This document shows positions 35,345-45,247 of a DNA stretch of 64,000 bases, piece by piece. This stretch comes from an uncultured Armatimonadales bacterium (GTDB lineage: Bacteria; Armatimonadota; Armatimonadia; Armatimonadales; Capsulimonadaceae): positions 12,441 through 76,440 of the forward strand of contig CAXTER010000010.1 in the NCBI GenBank assembly GCA_964243345.1, in the 5' to 3' direction. The notes under the pieces are model-generated. The model was not told where the DNA came from and searched no databases. It saw only the letters and a program-made list of their open reading frames with translations. How positions within the stretch are numbered: the stretch's first letter is position 1; each line of letters starts with the position of its first letter. A program made the position numbers and the translations under genes.

Positions 35345-36316
35345 TCACCAGGCGTAGTCTTCGGGGGCGGTTTTGTGGCCGGGGAAGATTTCGTCGAGCT
35401 TGGTCATGGTGTCTTCGGACAACGTGATTTCTAAGGCTTTCAAAGAACCGTCAAGCTGCTCCATGGTGCGGGGGCCGATGATAGGGGCGGTGACGACGGG
35501 GTTTGCCAGAAGCCAGGCTAGGGCAACGTCGGCGGGCTTTTCGCCGATGTCTTTGCAGAGGCCTTCCCACTTCTCAAGCTTCGGGCGGTCTGCTTCGATG
35601 TCGCGTCCGGCGCGGCGGCCTGTGGCTTCTTTTTGCAGGATGCCGCCCAGCAGGCCGCCGGCAAGCGGGGACCAGGGGATGAGGCCGAGGCCGTACTTTT
35701 GGCAGGCGGGGATGACTTCGAGTTCGGGCAGCCGGACGTTCAAATTGTAGTGAGATTGTTCGGAAACTAAACCCAAGAAGTGGCGATGCTTGGCGATTTC
35801 CGACGCTTGGGCGATGTGCCAGCCGGCGAAGTTCGAAGAACCGAAGTAGAGAACTTTGCCCTGCTGCACCAGAGTCTCAAACGCCTGGTAGATTTCGTCC
35901 CACGGCGTTTCGCGGTCAATGTGGTGCATTTGGTAGAGGTCAATGTAATCGGTCTTCATTCGCATGAGGCTGTCGTCGCAGGCGCGGCGGATATGAAGCG
36001 CCGACAGGCGGTTCATGTTCGGCCAGTCTTTGTTGCCTTCGGTAGACATGCCGCCGAAAACTTTAGTGGCGATGACGACTTTCTCGCGCCGCCCGCCGCC
36101 CTGCGCGAAGTAGCGGCCCAAAATCTGCTCGGTGACACCTTCGCCCTGCTTCCAGCCGTAGACATCGGCAGTGTCCCAGAAGTTGATGCCCATTTCTAAG
36201 GCGCGGTCCATAATCGCGTAGCTGTCTTCTTCGGTCGTCTGCGGGCCGAAGTTCATGGTTCCCAAACACAGGCGGCTGACCTTGAGGCCGGACCGTCCTA
36301 AACTTGCATACTGCAT
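35345..36316 (-). CDS. Aldo/keto reductase
   Basis: MQYASLGRSGLKVSRLCLGTMNFG N-terminus, plus DTADVYG and GLIPWSPLAGGLL. Confidence 0.9.
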   Translation of the reverse strand: MQYASLGRSGLKVSRLCLGTMNFGPQTTEEDSYAIMDRALEMGINFWDTADVYGWKQGEGVTEQILGRYFAQGGGRREKVVIATKVFGGMSTEGNKDWPNMNRLSALHIRRACDDSLMRMKTDYIDLYQMHHIDRETPWDEIYQAFETLVQQGKVLYFGSSNFAGWHIAQASEIAKHRHFLGLVSEQSHYNLNVRLPELEVIPACQKYGLGLIPWSPLAGGLLGGILQKEATGRRAGRDIEADRPKLEKWEGLCKDIGEKPADVALAWLLANPVVTAPIIGPRTMEQLDGSLKALEITLSEDTMTKLDEIFPGHKTAPEDYAW

Positions 36317-36395
36317 TGTGAAGTCTCCCGTCAATGTGGTTTCGTTTAGTTCTCTTACCCACAATCAAACTCCTCCCCCTATTCTGATTAATATA

Positions 36396-36415
36396 GTACC
36401 CCCAGGGGGTATAAT
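36396..36415 (+). promoter_or_regulatory. CsoR-type operator overlapping a TATAAT -10 box
   Basis: GTACCCCCAGGGGGTAT palindrome (36396-12) is fused to TATAAT (36410-15), which ends 6 nt before the csoR ATG. No SD is present. Confidence 0.55.
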
Positions 36416-36421
36416 AAGATT

Positions 36422-36706
36422 ATGCAGAATAAGGCGCAGCTCCAGAACCGGCTCAAACGAATTGCGGGGCAGGTCAGCGGCATCCAGAAGATGGTGGAAG
36501 ATGACCGCTACTGCGTGGACATTCTCACCCAGGTCGCTGCGGTCCGCTCTGCGCTGGACGCGATGGGTGTCGAGCTGCTGACGGGCCACATTCAAGGCTG
36601 CGTCGCCGGGCATGGCACGGAAACCCAGCACGAGTGCGCCGCCCAGATGACCCAGAAGGAGCTGATTGAAGAAGTGCGCGTCTCGCTGGGACGCTTCTTG
36701 AAGTAA
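36422..36706 (+). CDS. csoR: Copper-sensing repressor, CsoR/RcnR family
   Basis: [35 protein letters not shown]...HIQGC, with the C-H-C metal ligand pattern. Confidence 0.85.
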   Translation: MQNKAQLQNRLKRIAGQVSGIQKMVEDDRYCVDILTQVAAVRSALDAMGVELLTGHIQGCVAGHGTETQHECAAQMTQKELIEEVRVSLGRFLK

Positions 36707-36754
36707 TTTAGAAACAATTTGTTAGAAATAATCTAAGTAAAGTAGGAGCAATCG

Positions 36755-36961
36755 ATGGAAGCGAAAATACAAGTGCAGGGAATGTCCTGCAAGGCGTGCG
36801 TCGGCCATGTGACGCGGGCCTTAACCGCGCTGGACGGGGTGCAGGCCGCAAACGTAGATTTGGATGCCGCGCAGGCGGCGGTGACGTATGACCCGGCGAG
36901 AGTCTCACTCAGCCAAATGCTGACTGCCGTAGAAGACGAAGGCTACGAGGCGGCAGCTTAA
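36755..36961 (+). CDS. copZ: Heavy-metal-associated copper chaperone
   Basis: [11 protein letters not shown] (MxCxxC) motif; 68 aa. Confidence 0.85.
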   Translation: MEAKIQVQGMSCKACVGHVTRALTALDGVQAANVDLDAAQAAVTYDPARVSLSQMLTAVEDEGYEAAA

Positions 36962-39126
36962 TGATGGAAACCTGCACGCTGGACTTAACCGGGATGCACT
37001 GCGCGTCCTGCGTCGGGCGCGTTGAGCGCTTCCTCAAAAAAGTGCCGGGCGTGGAAGAAGCCGCCGTCAATCTTGCGACCAACCGGGCGTCGGTCTATTT
37101 TGACCCGGCGCAGGTTCAAACAGCCGCGCTTGTTGCCGCTGTGGAAAAGGCCGGCTACGGGGCGTCCCCGGCGGCGGGCATCAAGCCTGCGGAAAGCGTG
37201 GGGCGATTTGACCCGGCGCTGGTCAATCTCATTGGTGCGGCAGTTTTGACCTTGCCGGTGCTGGCGTTTTCTATGGCCGGCATGGGGATAATGGCCGAGC
37301 CGCGAGGGGTGCTTTGGCTGTTTGCGGCGCTGACTGCGCTGGCCGTATTCGGCTTCGGACGGCAGTTCTACGCGGGCGCGTGGAACGCGCTCACCCACGG
37401 CGGCGCGGCGACAATGGACACGCTGGTGGCGCTGGGCGCGTCGGCGGCGTATGTGTCCAGCCTGGCGTCGCTGGTTTTTGCCCGGCAGCCGCAGGTCTAT
37501 TTTGAGACCGCCGGAACTATCGTGACGCTGATTTTGCTGGGCCGCTGGCTGGAAGCGGGCGCAAAGCGGCGGGCATCCAACAGCATTCAGTCGCTGATTG
37601 CGCTGGTCCCGAAGACGGCCCGGCTGGTGCCGGACTCCGGGGAAGAGCGCGACATCCCAATTGAGCTGCTCAAGCCAGGGCAGACCGTTCGGGTGCGGCC
37701 CGGCGAAAAAGTGGCCGTAGACGGCACGGTTGTCGGCGGCGCGTCTTCCATAGACGAGTCGCTGCTGACTGGGGAAAGCCTCCCTGTTGAGAAGACGCTT
37801 GGCGATAAGGTCATCGGCGGCACGGTGAACGGCGGTGGGACGCTGCTCTTTAAAGCAGAGGCTGTCGGCGCAGACACGGTTTTGGCCCGCATGGTGCGGT
37901 TGGTCGAAGACGCGCAGGGCAGCAAAGCACCAATCCAGCGGCTGGCCGACAAAATCGCCGCCGTCTTCGTTCCTGCCGTGCTGGGAATTGCGCTGCTGAC
38001 GTTTCTGGTCTGGCTGCTGGTGCTCCATGCCGGCATTGCGGGCGCGTTAGTGCCTGCCGTCGCGGTACTGGTGATTGCCTGCCCGTGTGCGCTGGGGCTG
38101 GCGACGCCGACCGCAATTATTGTCGGTGTCGGGCGCGGCGCGGCGCTTGGCATTCTGATTAAAAACGGCGAAGCGTTAGAGCGGGCGCACAAAATCGGCC
38201 GGGTCATCTTGGACAAGACCGGCACGGTGACGCTGGGCAAACCCGTACTGACCGATGTGGTGCTGCACAACGGCCTAGACCGTGCGGGGCTGCTGCGGCT
38301 GGCGGCAGCGGCGGAGACGGCTTCTGAGCATCCGCTGGCGACGGCGATTGTGGCGGGTGCAGGCGGCGATTTGGTCCCGGCGGAGGCGTTCAGCAATTTC
38401 CCCGGCCTCGGCATTGAAGCCACAGTGGAGGGGCGAAAAGTTTTTGTGGGAACGCCGGCCCTTCTGGCCCAATCTGGGGTTGTGCTTTCTCCGTCGGCAG
38501 CGGGCGATTTAGCCAGGCTGGAAGCGGAAGGCAAGACCGCCGTGCTGGTGGCCGTCGGGCAGGATGAAGCCGGCGTTCTGGCTGTCGCGGACACGGTGCG
38601 TCCCGGTGCGAAAGCTGCGGTCGCGCGGCTTCATGCGATGGGTCTGAGCGTGATGCTGCTGACTGGCGATAGCCGGCGGGTCGCGGAAGCGGTGGCGTCG
38701 GAAGTCGGCATTGCGGAAGTGAAAGCGGGCGTTCAGCCCGAAGGAAAAGCCGCCGCCGTCAAAGAGTGGCAGGAGCATGGTACAATGCAGGTGGCAATGG
38801 CCGGTGACGGCGTCAACGATGCCCCCGCGCTGGCGCTGGCCGATTTAGGAATTGCGATGGGCCGGGCATCGGATGTGGCGCTGGAAGCCGCCGACATCAC
38901 CCTGCTGCGCTCTGATTTAGGCGGCATTGCCGACGCGCTCCTGCTGTCACGCCGGACCATGAAAATTATCCGCCAGAACTTGTTTTGGGCCTTCATCTTC
39001 AACGCTGTCGGCATTCCACTTGCAGCCTTCGGCCTGCTGAACCCGATGCTGGCTGCCCTGGCGATGGCCTTTTCCAGCGTCGCCGTCGTGACAAACTCTC
39101 TGCGCCTGAAAACCGTTCGACTTTAG
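36961..39126 (+). CDS. copA: Copper-translocating P1B-type ATPase
   Basis: N-terminal [43 protein letters not shown]. Confidence 0.95.
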   Translation: MMETCTLDLTGMHCASCVGRVERFLKKVPGVEEAAVNLATNRASVYFDPAQVQTAALVAAVEKAGYGASPAAGIKPAESVGRFDPALVNLIGAAVLTLPVLAFSMAGMGIMAEPRGVLWLFAALTALAVFGFGRQFYAGAWNALTHGGAATMDTLVALGASAAYVSSLASLVFARQPQVYFETAGTIVTLILLGRWLEAGAKRRASNSIQSLIALVPKTARLVPDSGEERDIPIELLKPGQTVRVRPGEKVAVDGTVVGGASSIDESLLTGESLPVEKTLGDKVIGGTVNGGGTLLFKAEAVGADTVLARMVRLVEDAQGSKAPIQRLADKIAAVFVPAVLGIALLTFLVWLLVLHAGIAGALVPAVAVLVIACPCALGLATPTAIIVGVGRGAALGILIKNGEALERAHKIGRVILDKTGTVTLGKPVLTDVVLHNGLDRAGLLRLAAAAETASEHPLATAIVAGAGGDLVPAEAFSNFPGLGIEATVEGRKVFVGTPALLAQSGVVLSPSAAGDLARLEAEGKTAVLVAVGQDEAGVLAVADTVRPGAKAAVARLHAMGLSVMLLTGDSRRVAEAVASEVGIAEVKAGVQPEGKAAAVKEWQEHGTMQVAMAGDGVNDAPALALADLGIAMGRASDVALEAADITLLRSDLGGIADALLLSRRTMKIIRQNLFWAFIFNAVGIPLAAFGLLNPMLAALAMAFSSVAVVTNSLRLKTVRL

Positions 39127-39146
39127 AAAGAAGCCTAACCAAAATT

Positions 39147-39422
39147 ATGAAAACACTCCCCGCTGCTCTGCTTGCCTGCGTCACGCTTGCCCAAACTGCT
39201 TCCGCAAGTCCGGCTCCTGCCCCAAAAGCGCCCGCGAAGACCGCCGCGCTGATTTGCCCAGTTTCCGGCGAAAAGATCAGCTCAGTCAGTGCTGCCGCCG
39301 CCCATGAGACTTACAAGGGCAAGACGTACTACTTCTGCTGCCCCGCCTGCAAGCCGATGTTCGACAAGAACCCGGACAAAGCGGTTGCCAATGCTGCAAA
39401 GGGTAAGTACGGCACGATGTAG
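39147..39422 (+). CDS. Secreted YHS-domain protein
   Basis: Signal peptide MKTLPAALLACVTLAQTASA and YKGKTYYFCCPACKPMFDKNP. Last gene of the copper operon. Confidence 0.8.
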   Translation: MKTLPAALLACVTLAQTASASPAPAPKAPAKTAALICPVSGEKISSVSAAAAHETYKGKTYYFCCPACKPMFDKNPDKAVANAAKGKYGTM

Positions 39423-39436
39423 GCTGTCAATAACGA

Positions 39437-39559
39437 GAACGGGCGGCTGAAACCGCAGCAACAAGACCGCGAAACCTGCCTCCGCAGGTTAGGACCTTCA
39501 TCCCAGTCCGCGCAGGCGGACTTCGGGCAATTGTTGCTGCGGTTTCAACCGCCCGCTTC
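39437..39559. repeat. Nested palindromic element E3
   Basis: Arms GAACGGGCGGCTGAAACCGCAGCAACAA and TTGTTGCTGCGGTTTCAACCGCCCGCTTC. Inner hairpins AACCTGCCTCCGCAGGTT and GTCCGCGCAGGCGGAC. Lies between convergent genes. Confidence 0.85.
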
Positions 39560-39575
39560 CGGCCCTGAATTTCTG

Positions 39576-41522
39576 CTAGCTCACAATCCCGACCAGCAGG
39601 CACTGGTCATCGCGTACTCCACTCTGCGCGTAGGCGTCTACGCCGGAAATGAGGTGCGAGACAATGGCCCCTGCGCCCGCCATTAGCGGCGAGCTGCTGA
39701 GGAGCGCAGCCACACCATCCCCGCCCAGGAGCGCTGTTCGGCTGGGGCCGGCTTCAGTGAGGCCGTCCGTGAAAACAGCCAGAATGTCTCCGGGTCCTAA
39801 ATAGAGCGTTTCTTCGGCGTACTCGGCTTCCGGGAACGCGCCCAGCACCGGACCGGTCGGCGGCAGAGCCTCAACCTGCCCGGTGGCGGCGCGAAGGATT
39901 AGCCCGGCATCCTGGCCGCAGTTGACATAAGTAAGCCGCCGCTCCGCCGCTTCGTAGCGCCCGACAAACAGGGTCGCAAAACCAGTCAGCAGGTCATTGT
40001 TCACCAAAGTGCGGCTGAGGGTCGTGACCGGGCCGCTCAGTGTCCGCCCGTTGTACAGCGCAAACCGAAGCATGTTGCGGACTAAAGAAACCTGGCTTGC
40101 CGCCGCCAGGCCCTTGCCGCTCAGGTCGCCGGCCACTAAAAACGTAATGCCCTTGTCTGCCGCGAACACGTCTAAAAAGTCCCCACCGACCCCGGCCTCT
40201 TCCAAAGCCGGCTGGTAGTAGTCGGCCATCTCCAACCCCGGAACCTGATGCGGAATCGCCGGCTGAAGCGCTTCCTGAAGCTGCTCGGCGATGCGATGCT
40301 CCCGTTCCGAGATGCGCTCCCTTTCTTGCTCCATCTCCCGGCGCTCGCTGATGTCGGAGAACGTCACTACGGCTCCTAATGGACTGGCTTCGGCGATAAT
40401 CGGCGCAGCGGTGTACAGCACGGGGAAAGCGCTGCCGTCGCTGCGCCAGAACACTTCGTCTTCCACTTGGACGCTTAACCCGCTTTGGATAGCCTTATAA
40501 ATCGGGCAGTTTTGCTCCGGGTAAGGCGCTCCATCCGGACGCTTGCCGTGGATGAGGCTGTGGCCGCTTCTTCCAATCAGGTCGCCAGCGGCGTAGCCCA
40601 GCATCCGGGCGGCGGCTTGGTTGACAAACGTAAAACGCCCTGTTGTATCAATGCCGTAGATGCCTTCGCCGGTGGAGTCCAGCAGCAGGCGGTTTGCGTC
40701 CGCCAGGCGCGATTGCTCGGCTTCCAGCGCCTTGCGTCCGCTGATGTCGCGCAGGTACGCCGTAAACCCTAAGTCGCCGTTTTGGCGTATCGGCACGATG
40801 GCGACTTCTATGGGGAACTCTTCGCCGCCGCTCCGCATTCCGATCACTTCAATCCGCTTTCCCAGCACCGGACCGATGCCGGTGGCGAGGTAGTGGGCAA
40901 ATCCCGCGTGATGCGCTCCCCGCAGGGACGGCGGGATGATTGTTTCAGCAATGGGTTTACCCTTGACATCTGAAGCGTGGTAGCCGAACGTCTCTTCCGC
41001 CGCCGGGTTGAAGTCAACAATATGTCCTTCGCCGTCAATGGTGATGATGCAGTCTAAAGCGGCTTCCAGAATGACGGATTTGCGTGTCTCGCTGTCCCGC
41101 AGGGCGTCCATGCTGCGCCCGGCTTCTTTGGCCGCTTCTTCGGCATCTTTTTGGGATTTGTGCTGGGCGCTGCTGATTGCAGAAATGCTCAATCCCACCA
41201 CAATGAAGACAACAAGCGTCAGCTGGTCCGTGTGGCTGGAGATTACAAGCGCATGGTTTGGGCTGAGAAACAAGTAAACCGCTGCTAGAGCGGAAAGCGC
41301 GAGGCTTGCCAGCCCTCCCGCCCAGCCGCCGAGCCAGGCGCTGAAAACGACGGCGGGGAAGAACATGATAAATGCAACGCGGCTGCCGAATATCGGGTTC
41401 AGCAGGAACCGGATCAGGGCGGACGTGCCAACACTCGCCAGAACAAGCGCCATCGTCCGTGCCGTGGCAGCGGCCTCCGGCAGGGGACGCATCAAGTTAT
41501 TGGTCCAGGGGGAAAAGCGCAT
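39576..41522 (-). CDS. Sensor protein: DUF4118-like membrane domain + 2 PAS domains + PP2C/SpoIIE phosphatase
   Basis: N-terminal TM bundle, PAS-like segments (ALDCIITIDGEGHIVDFNPAAEETFGY; GIYGIDTTGRFTFVNQAAARMLGY), and a C-terminal GGDFLDV...DG SpoIIE pattern. Confidence 0.85.
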   Translation of the reverse strand: MRFSPWTNNLMRPLPEAAATARTMALVLASVGTSALIRFLLNPIFGSRVAFIMFFPAVVFSAWLGGWAGGLASLALSALAAVYLFLSPNHALVISSHTDQLTLVVFIVVGLSISAISSAQHKSQKDAEEAAKEAGRSMDALRDSETRKSVILEAALDCIITIDGEGHIVDFNPAAEETFGYHASDVKGKPIAETIIPPSLRGAHHAGFAHYLATGIGPVLGKRIEVIGMRSGGEEFPIEVAIVPIRQNGDLGFTAYLRDISGRKALEAEQSRLADANRLLLDSTGEGIYGIDTTGRFTFVNQAAARMLGYAAGDLIGRSGHSLIHGKRPDGAPYPEQNCPIYKAIQSGLSVQVEDEVFWRSDGSAFPVLYTAAPIIAEASPLGAVVTFSDISERREMEQERERISEREHRIAEQLQEALQPAIPHQVPGLEMADYYQPALEEAGVGGDFLDVFAADKGITFLVAGDLSGKGLAAASQVSLVRNMLRFALYNGRTLSGPVTTLSRTLVNNDLLTGFATLFVGRYEAAERRLTYVNCGQDAGLILRAATGQVEALPPTGPVLGAFPEAEYAEETLYLGPGDILAVFTDGLTEAGPSRTALLGGDGVAALLSSSPLMAGAGAIVSHLISGVDAYAQSGVRDDQCLLVGIVS

Positions 41523-41573
41523 GAGGATACCGCGTCTATTTTACCCTAGAAAGCCGTTCATGGCTGCTAACAA

Positions 41574-43055
41574 TTATGGCTGCTGCCAGCCGGCGGATTT
41601 GAGTCGCTGGGCCAGCACCGGGTTCTGCGCCAGATCAGTCAGTTTCGTGGCCTCCGCCTCCGCTTCCGGCTTCTTGGCCCGCGCCAGCACTTTATAAAGA
41701 TAGAAGCGGGCTTCGACGGCGTCCCGGTCGCTGTCGGCGGCCTGACGCAGCAGCCCTTCCGCCGCTGCTTCCTGGCCGCGCCCTGCCGCTTCCCGGCCTT
41801 CCGCTGTCAGCTCGCGGGCATTGGGGTAAGGCGCAAGCAGCCACAAGAGCCGTGCCGCAGAGGAGTTTTCAATCAGCGATTTTGTTTCGTTTGCGTGGTG
41901 CGGGGCCAAAGTCCAGTGGTCAAAGTAGCCGCCTTGCGGATCGCGGGCGTACTTGTCCCCGAATGCCGCCTGCTGCCGGACCGCATTGAGGTAGCGCACG
42001 TCATGGGTGACATCATAAAGGCGCAGCAGCGCCTCGCAGAGCAAATGGGTAAAGCGCGGAGAGTCTTCGGTTCTTTGCAGGGAGCCGGTCGCTGGGTCGG
42101 TCCAGTAGGCCAGCGAGGCATCCGCCATGCGCCGGGCTTCCTGAAGGTCCTGCCCGATGCCGCGAAGCTGGTACAGCAAAATGTCGGTGCGGATCATCAG
42201 CGCCGTATTGTAAGTAAACTTTCGTTTGCCGGTCGGCCCGCCGATCTGGAGATTATCCCAATACAACCCGTCCGTGTCTCGCAGCTTGGCCTGGGTCCAG
42301 TCCCGGATCCGCAGCGCCCAGTCTCCCTGAGTGCGGTCTCCGGCGACTTGAAGCAGCCGCAGTGCGCCGGCGGCGGCGGGGGCATTGGAGCAGGTGTTTT
42401 TGGAGTGGTGATCCAGCTTCCAGTAGATGCCGCCGCCGAGAACGTCGTCCCACCCACTTAACACGAACTCCTGCGTCGCACGGGCCATTTGCAGGAACCT
42501 GGGGTCGTTGGTGTTCTGGTACGCTTCTGTGAGACCCAGCACCATCCACTCGTTGTCATCATAATACTTGTCCTGGCTGCCTGGCCCGGAGCAGTAAGCT
42601 TCGTAGCCGGGAACTAGCGCCTCTGAGTCCCAGTAGGCCGACAGCCCCGATGCGAAATTGTCCAGGTCCGTCCGGTACTTGGCCGGGTCTTCCTTCGCGG
42701 CGGCGGCCAGCACGGTGAACTGCACGCCGTTCCCCCACATGAAGTCGTAAGGAAGCTCACCGGCCTTTGGGGGGTAGCTCGGATGGTAGCGGCGGACGCC
42801 AGTGTCGTAAAAGTGCGCCTGAATCCAGTCTGTCTCTGTTTCTGCTTGAAGGCGGTAGCCGGAAGGCGTCGGAGCCGCAGGTGTGGGAGTAAGGTGCATA
42901 GGGTGAGACTGCGAAGATTTAGGATGCGGCGCAGGCTTTGCGGCCACGCTCCCGGCGAGAGAAGCTGCCGCCAGAATTGCCGCCCCGGACAAAATCCCAA
43001 GCCGCTGCCACGTCTGCCGGATTTCCAAGCCTGCTTTGTTCAAATCCTTGTTCAT
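41574..43055 (-). CDS. Glycoside hydrolase family 76-like (alpha-1,6-mannanase-like) with C-terminal TPR-like tail
   Basis: YYDDNEWMVLGLTEAYQNTNDPRFL and GGGIYWK...KNTCSNAPAA are recalled GH76 motifs. Signal peptide present. Confidence 0.7.
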   Translation of the reverse strand: MNKDLNKAGLEIRQTWQRLGILSGAAILAAASLAGSVAAKPAPHPKSSQSHPMHLTPTPAAPTPSGYRLQAETETDWIQAHFYDTGVRRYHPSYPPKAGELPYDFMWGNGVQFTVLAAAAKEDPAKYRTDLDNFASGLSAYWDSEALVPGYEAYCSGPGSQDKYYDDNEWMVLGLTEAYQNTNDPRFLQMARATQEFVLSGWDDVLGGGIYWKLDHHSKNTCSNAPAAAGALRLLQVAGDRTQGDWALRIRDWTQAKLRDTDGLYWDNLQIGGPTGKRKFTYNTALMIRTDILLYQLRGIGQDLQEARRMADASLAYWTDPATGSLQRTEDSPRFTHLLCEALLRLYDVTHDVRYLNAVRQQAAFGDKYARDPQGGYFDHWTLAPHHANETKSLIENSSAARLLWLLAPYPNARELTAEGREAAGRGQEAAAEGLLRQAADSDRDAVEARFYLYKVLARAKKPEAEAEATKLTDLAQNPVLAQRLKSAGWQQP

Positions 43056-43092
43056 GTCACTTTGTACCGGAATTTGTGCAAAAATGTTTCAC

Positions 43093-44553
43093 ATGGACCA
43101 AACACTTTTGATAACACGCCGCGCGGCGCTGCTGCGGCTTCTGGGGGGCATTCCCCTGTTGTCCGGCCTCGGCGCGGCCCCTGCCGCGGCCCTGCTTTCC
43201 ATTAATCCAGACGCCGGCTGGGGAACATGGCAGGGGTGGGGCTGCTCGCTCGCTTGGTGGGCCGGCGTTTTCGGCAGCCGCGATGACATTGCCGATCTGC
43301 TGTTCACGACAAAATCCGTAACGCTCAACGGCGAGTCCCTGCCCGGCCTCGGCCTTTCCGTGGCCCGCTACAATGCCGGCGGATGCACGGCAAGCGCCGT
43401 GGATGGCCGCGTCATGCAGGCGTCGCCGCGCATTCCGGCGTTCAAGCAGATGCAGGGTTATTGGCTTGACCCACACCGCGCCGACCCCGCTTCCGGCGGC
43501 TGGGACTGGAGCGTGGATGAAAACCAGCGGCTGATGCTCCAAAAAGCGCGGGACCGAGGCGCGTCCCACTTCGAGCTGTTTTCCAATTCGCCGCTGTGGT
43601 GGATGTGCCGCAACCATAACCCGTCCGGCGCGGACAATGGCGCGGAAGACAATCTCCAGCCGTTAAGCCAGCGCCGCCATGCGGTCTACCTTGCGGCGAT
43701 TGCAAAACACGCTGCCGACCACTGGGGCATCAAATTTGACTCAGTGGAAGCGTTCAACGAGCCGATCGCCGCCTGGTGGAACAGCCACGGCACGCAGGAA
43801 GGCTGCCACTTTGACGCCGCAACGCAGGCGGTCGTTATTGCCGCCCTGCGGGAAGAGCTTGACGGGCATGGCTTGTCCAAAATTAAAGTCGCGGCCTCGG
43901 ACGAAAACACTTACGACGACGCGCTCCGCACCTGGAACAGTTTCAGCCCAGCCGTGAAAGCCCAGGTCGGACGGGTCAACGTGCATGGTTACCAGTACGG
44001 CGGCGGGCGGCGCGATCTGCTGCTCGGCGCGGTCATGCTGAAAGAGCTTTGGAACTCCGAGTACGGCGAAGGCGATGGCAGCGGCCTCTCGCTTGCCGCT
44101 AACCTCGCGCTGGACTTGCGCTACCTGCATCCGACCGCATGGTGCTACTGGCAGCCACTGGACGGCAATGGGTGGGGCCTGGTTCAATCAGACCTCAGCC
44201 GCGCCCAAATCGGCCCGGTAAACCCCAAGTATTTCGTGCTGGCCCAGTATTCGCGCCATATCCGGCCCGGCATGACCCTGTTAGACACGGGTGATGACAG
44301 CACTGTTGCTGCACAAGATCATGCCGGGCAGAAACTGGTTCTGGTGACAGTAAACCGCGCCGCCGGACGCTGGCTCACTTACGACCTATCGCGCTTCAGG
44401 GCCGTTTCCGGCCCCGTGGCGTGCTGGACGACAGAGACACGCCCCGGCGGTCAAAAATACGCCCGCCAGGGCAGTCTTCTCTTGAACGGCAAGCGGCTTC
44501 GCGCCTGGCTTGCCCCAAACTCCGTTCAGACCTTTGAGCTGAACGTGCGCTAA
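43093..44553 (+). CDS. Glycoside hydrolase family 30-like
   Basis: TAT-like leader MDQTLLITRRAALLRLLGG. Motifs: GWGCSLAWWA, EAFNEP, NSEYGEGDG. Confidence 0.75.
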   Translation: MDQTLLITRRAALLRLLGGIPLLSGLGAAPAAALLSINPDAGWGTWQGWGCSLAWWAGVFGSRDDIADLLFTTKSVTLNGESLPGLGLSVARYNAGGCTASAVDGRVMQASPRIPAFKQMQGYWLDPHRADPASGGWDWSVDENQRLMLQKARDRGASHFELFSNSPLWWMCRNHNPSGADNGAEDNLQPLSQRRHAVYLAAIAKHAADHWGIKFDSVEAFNEPIAAWWNSHGTQEGCHFDAATQAVVIAALREELDGHGLSKIKVAASDENTYDDALRTWNSFSPAVKAQVGRVNVHGYQYGGGRRDLLLGAVMLKELWNSEYGEGDGSGLSLAANLALDLRYLHPTAWCYWQPLDGNGWGLVQSDLSRAQIGPVNPKYFVLAQYSRHIRPGMTLLDTGDDSTVAAQDHAGQKLVLVTVNRAAGRWLTYDLSRFRAVSGPVACWTTETRPGGQKYARQGSLLLNGKRLRAWLAPNSVQTFELNVR

Positions 44554-44554
44554 A

Positions 44555-45184
44555 CTATTTCGGCGCGGCCCACAGTGTCTTCAAAGTCCACCTTGCGGCA
44601 GCCGGGGGCACGGCAGCCGGTGTACTGGAAGGCACGCTTGCCGGCGCTGCCGCCGTGCTGGCAGGAGCGGACGGAGCCGCGGGCGCGGAAGCCGCCGCAG
44701 GGGGCGGGAGAAGCTCCTGAAGATAAGTCACGTCCGCCGGAGAAACCATCTCGCGTCCTGCCGGCTGCTCGGCGGGCCGGAACGTCGGCCCGGCAACGCC
44801 GCTGACGAGCGCCCGGATCGCCACCGCGTCAGCGATTGTTTTCTGCGTCGTCACTTGGTTCTTTACCCGGCGGCTGACAGGCCGCAGACGGCCAAAGCGC
44901 CCGGAGGGAACATAACCGGTCTGCGTCGTCGTCTGCGTCGCTGTCGCCGGTGCGGAAACATAATGGAACGTCTGCACGACATAGAGGCCGTGGTCGCCCG
45001 ACAGCACCCGCCCTAAAAACCGCTTGCCGCCGCGCTCGGTAAAGCCGATCACCCGATGCTTCCCGACCAGCCCGTCCAGCACCGGCTGCGCCGAACTCGC
45101 CGCCGGAACCGATGGGTCAGCCCACAGCGGCGCGGCAAGCGTCAGCAGCATACAATAAGCATAAAAACGGCAGCAGTGCATCAT
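44555..45184 (-). CDS. Hypothetical secreted protein
   Basis: 209 aa with a signal peptide (MMHCCRFYAYCMLLTLAAPLWA) and an A/P/S-rich C-terminus. Confidence 0.5.
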   Translation of the reverse strand: MMHCCRFYAYCMLLTLAAPLWADPSVPAASSAQPVLDGLVGKHRVIGFTERGGKRFLGRVLSGDHGLYVVQTFHYVSAPATATQTTTQTGYVPSGRFGRLRPVSRRVKNQVTTQKTIADAVAIRALVSGVAGPTFRPAEQPAGREMVSPADVTYLQELLPPPAAASAPAAPSAPASTAAAPASVPSSTPAAVPPAAARWTLKTLWAAPK

Positions 45185-45206
45185 GGCCTCCAGCAGTAGC
45201 AGTAAA

Positions 45207-45235
45207 GGAAGCGAGTGGAGTTCATTCCCTCGCTG
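45207..45235. repeat. Solo arm related to TIR family A
   Basis: GGAAGCGAGTGGAGTTCATTCCCTCGCTG is about 70% similar to the E2/E5 arms by eye and forms its own hairpin. Confidence 0.5.
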
Positions 45236-45247
45236 TGAATTCGCAGA

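Noticed and set aside
43036-43092. Overlap of the GH76 and GH30 ORFs, read as an antisense gene arrangement.
   Set aside because: Choosing the ATG at 43093, which precedes a TAT-like leader, removes the overlap and leaves a short divergent promoter region.
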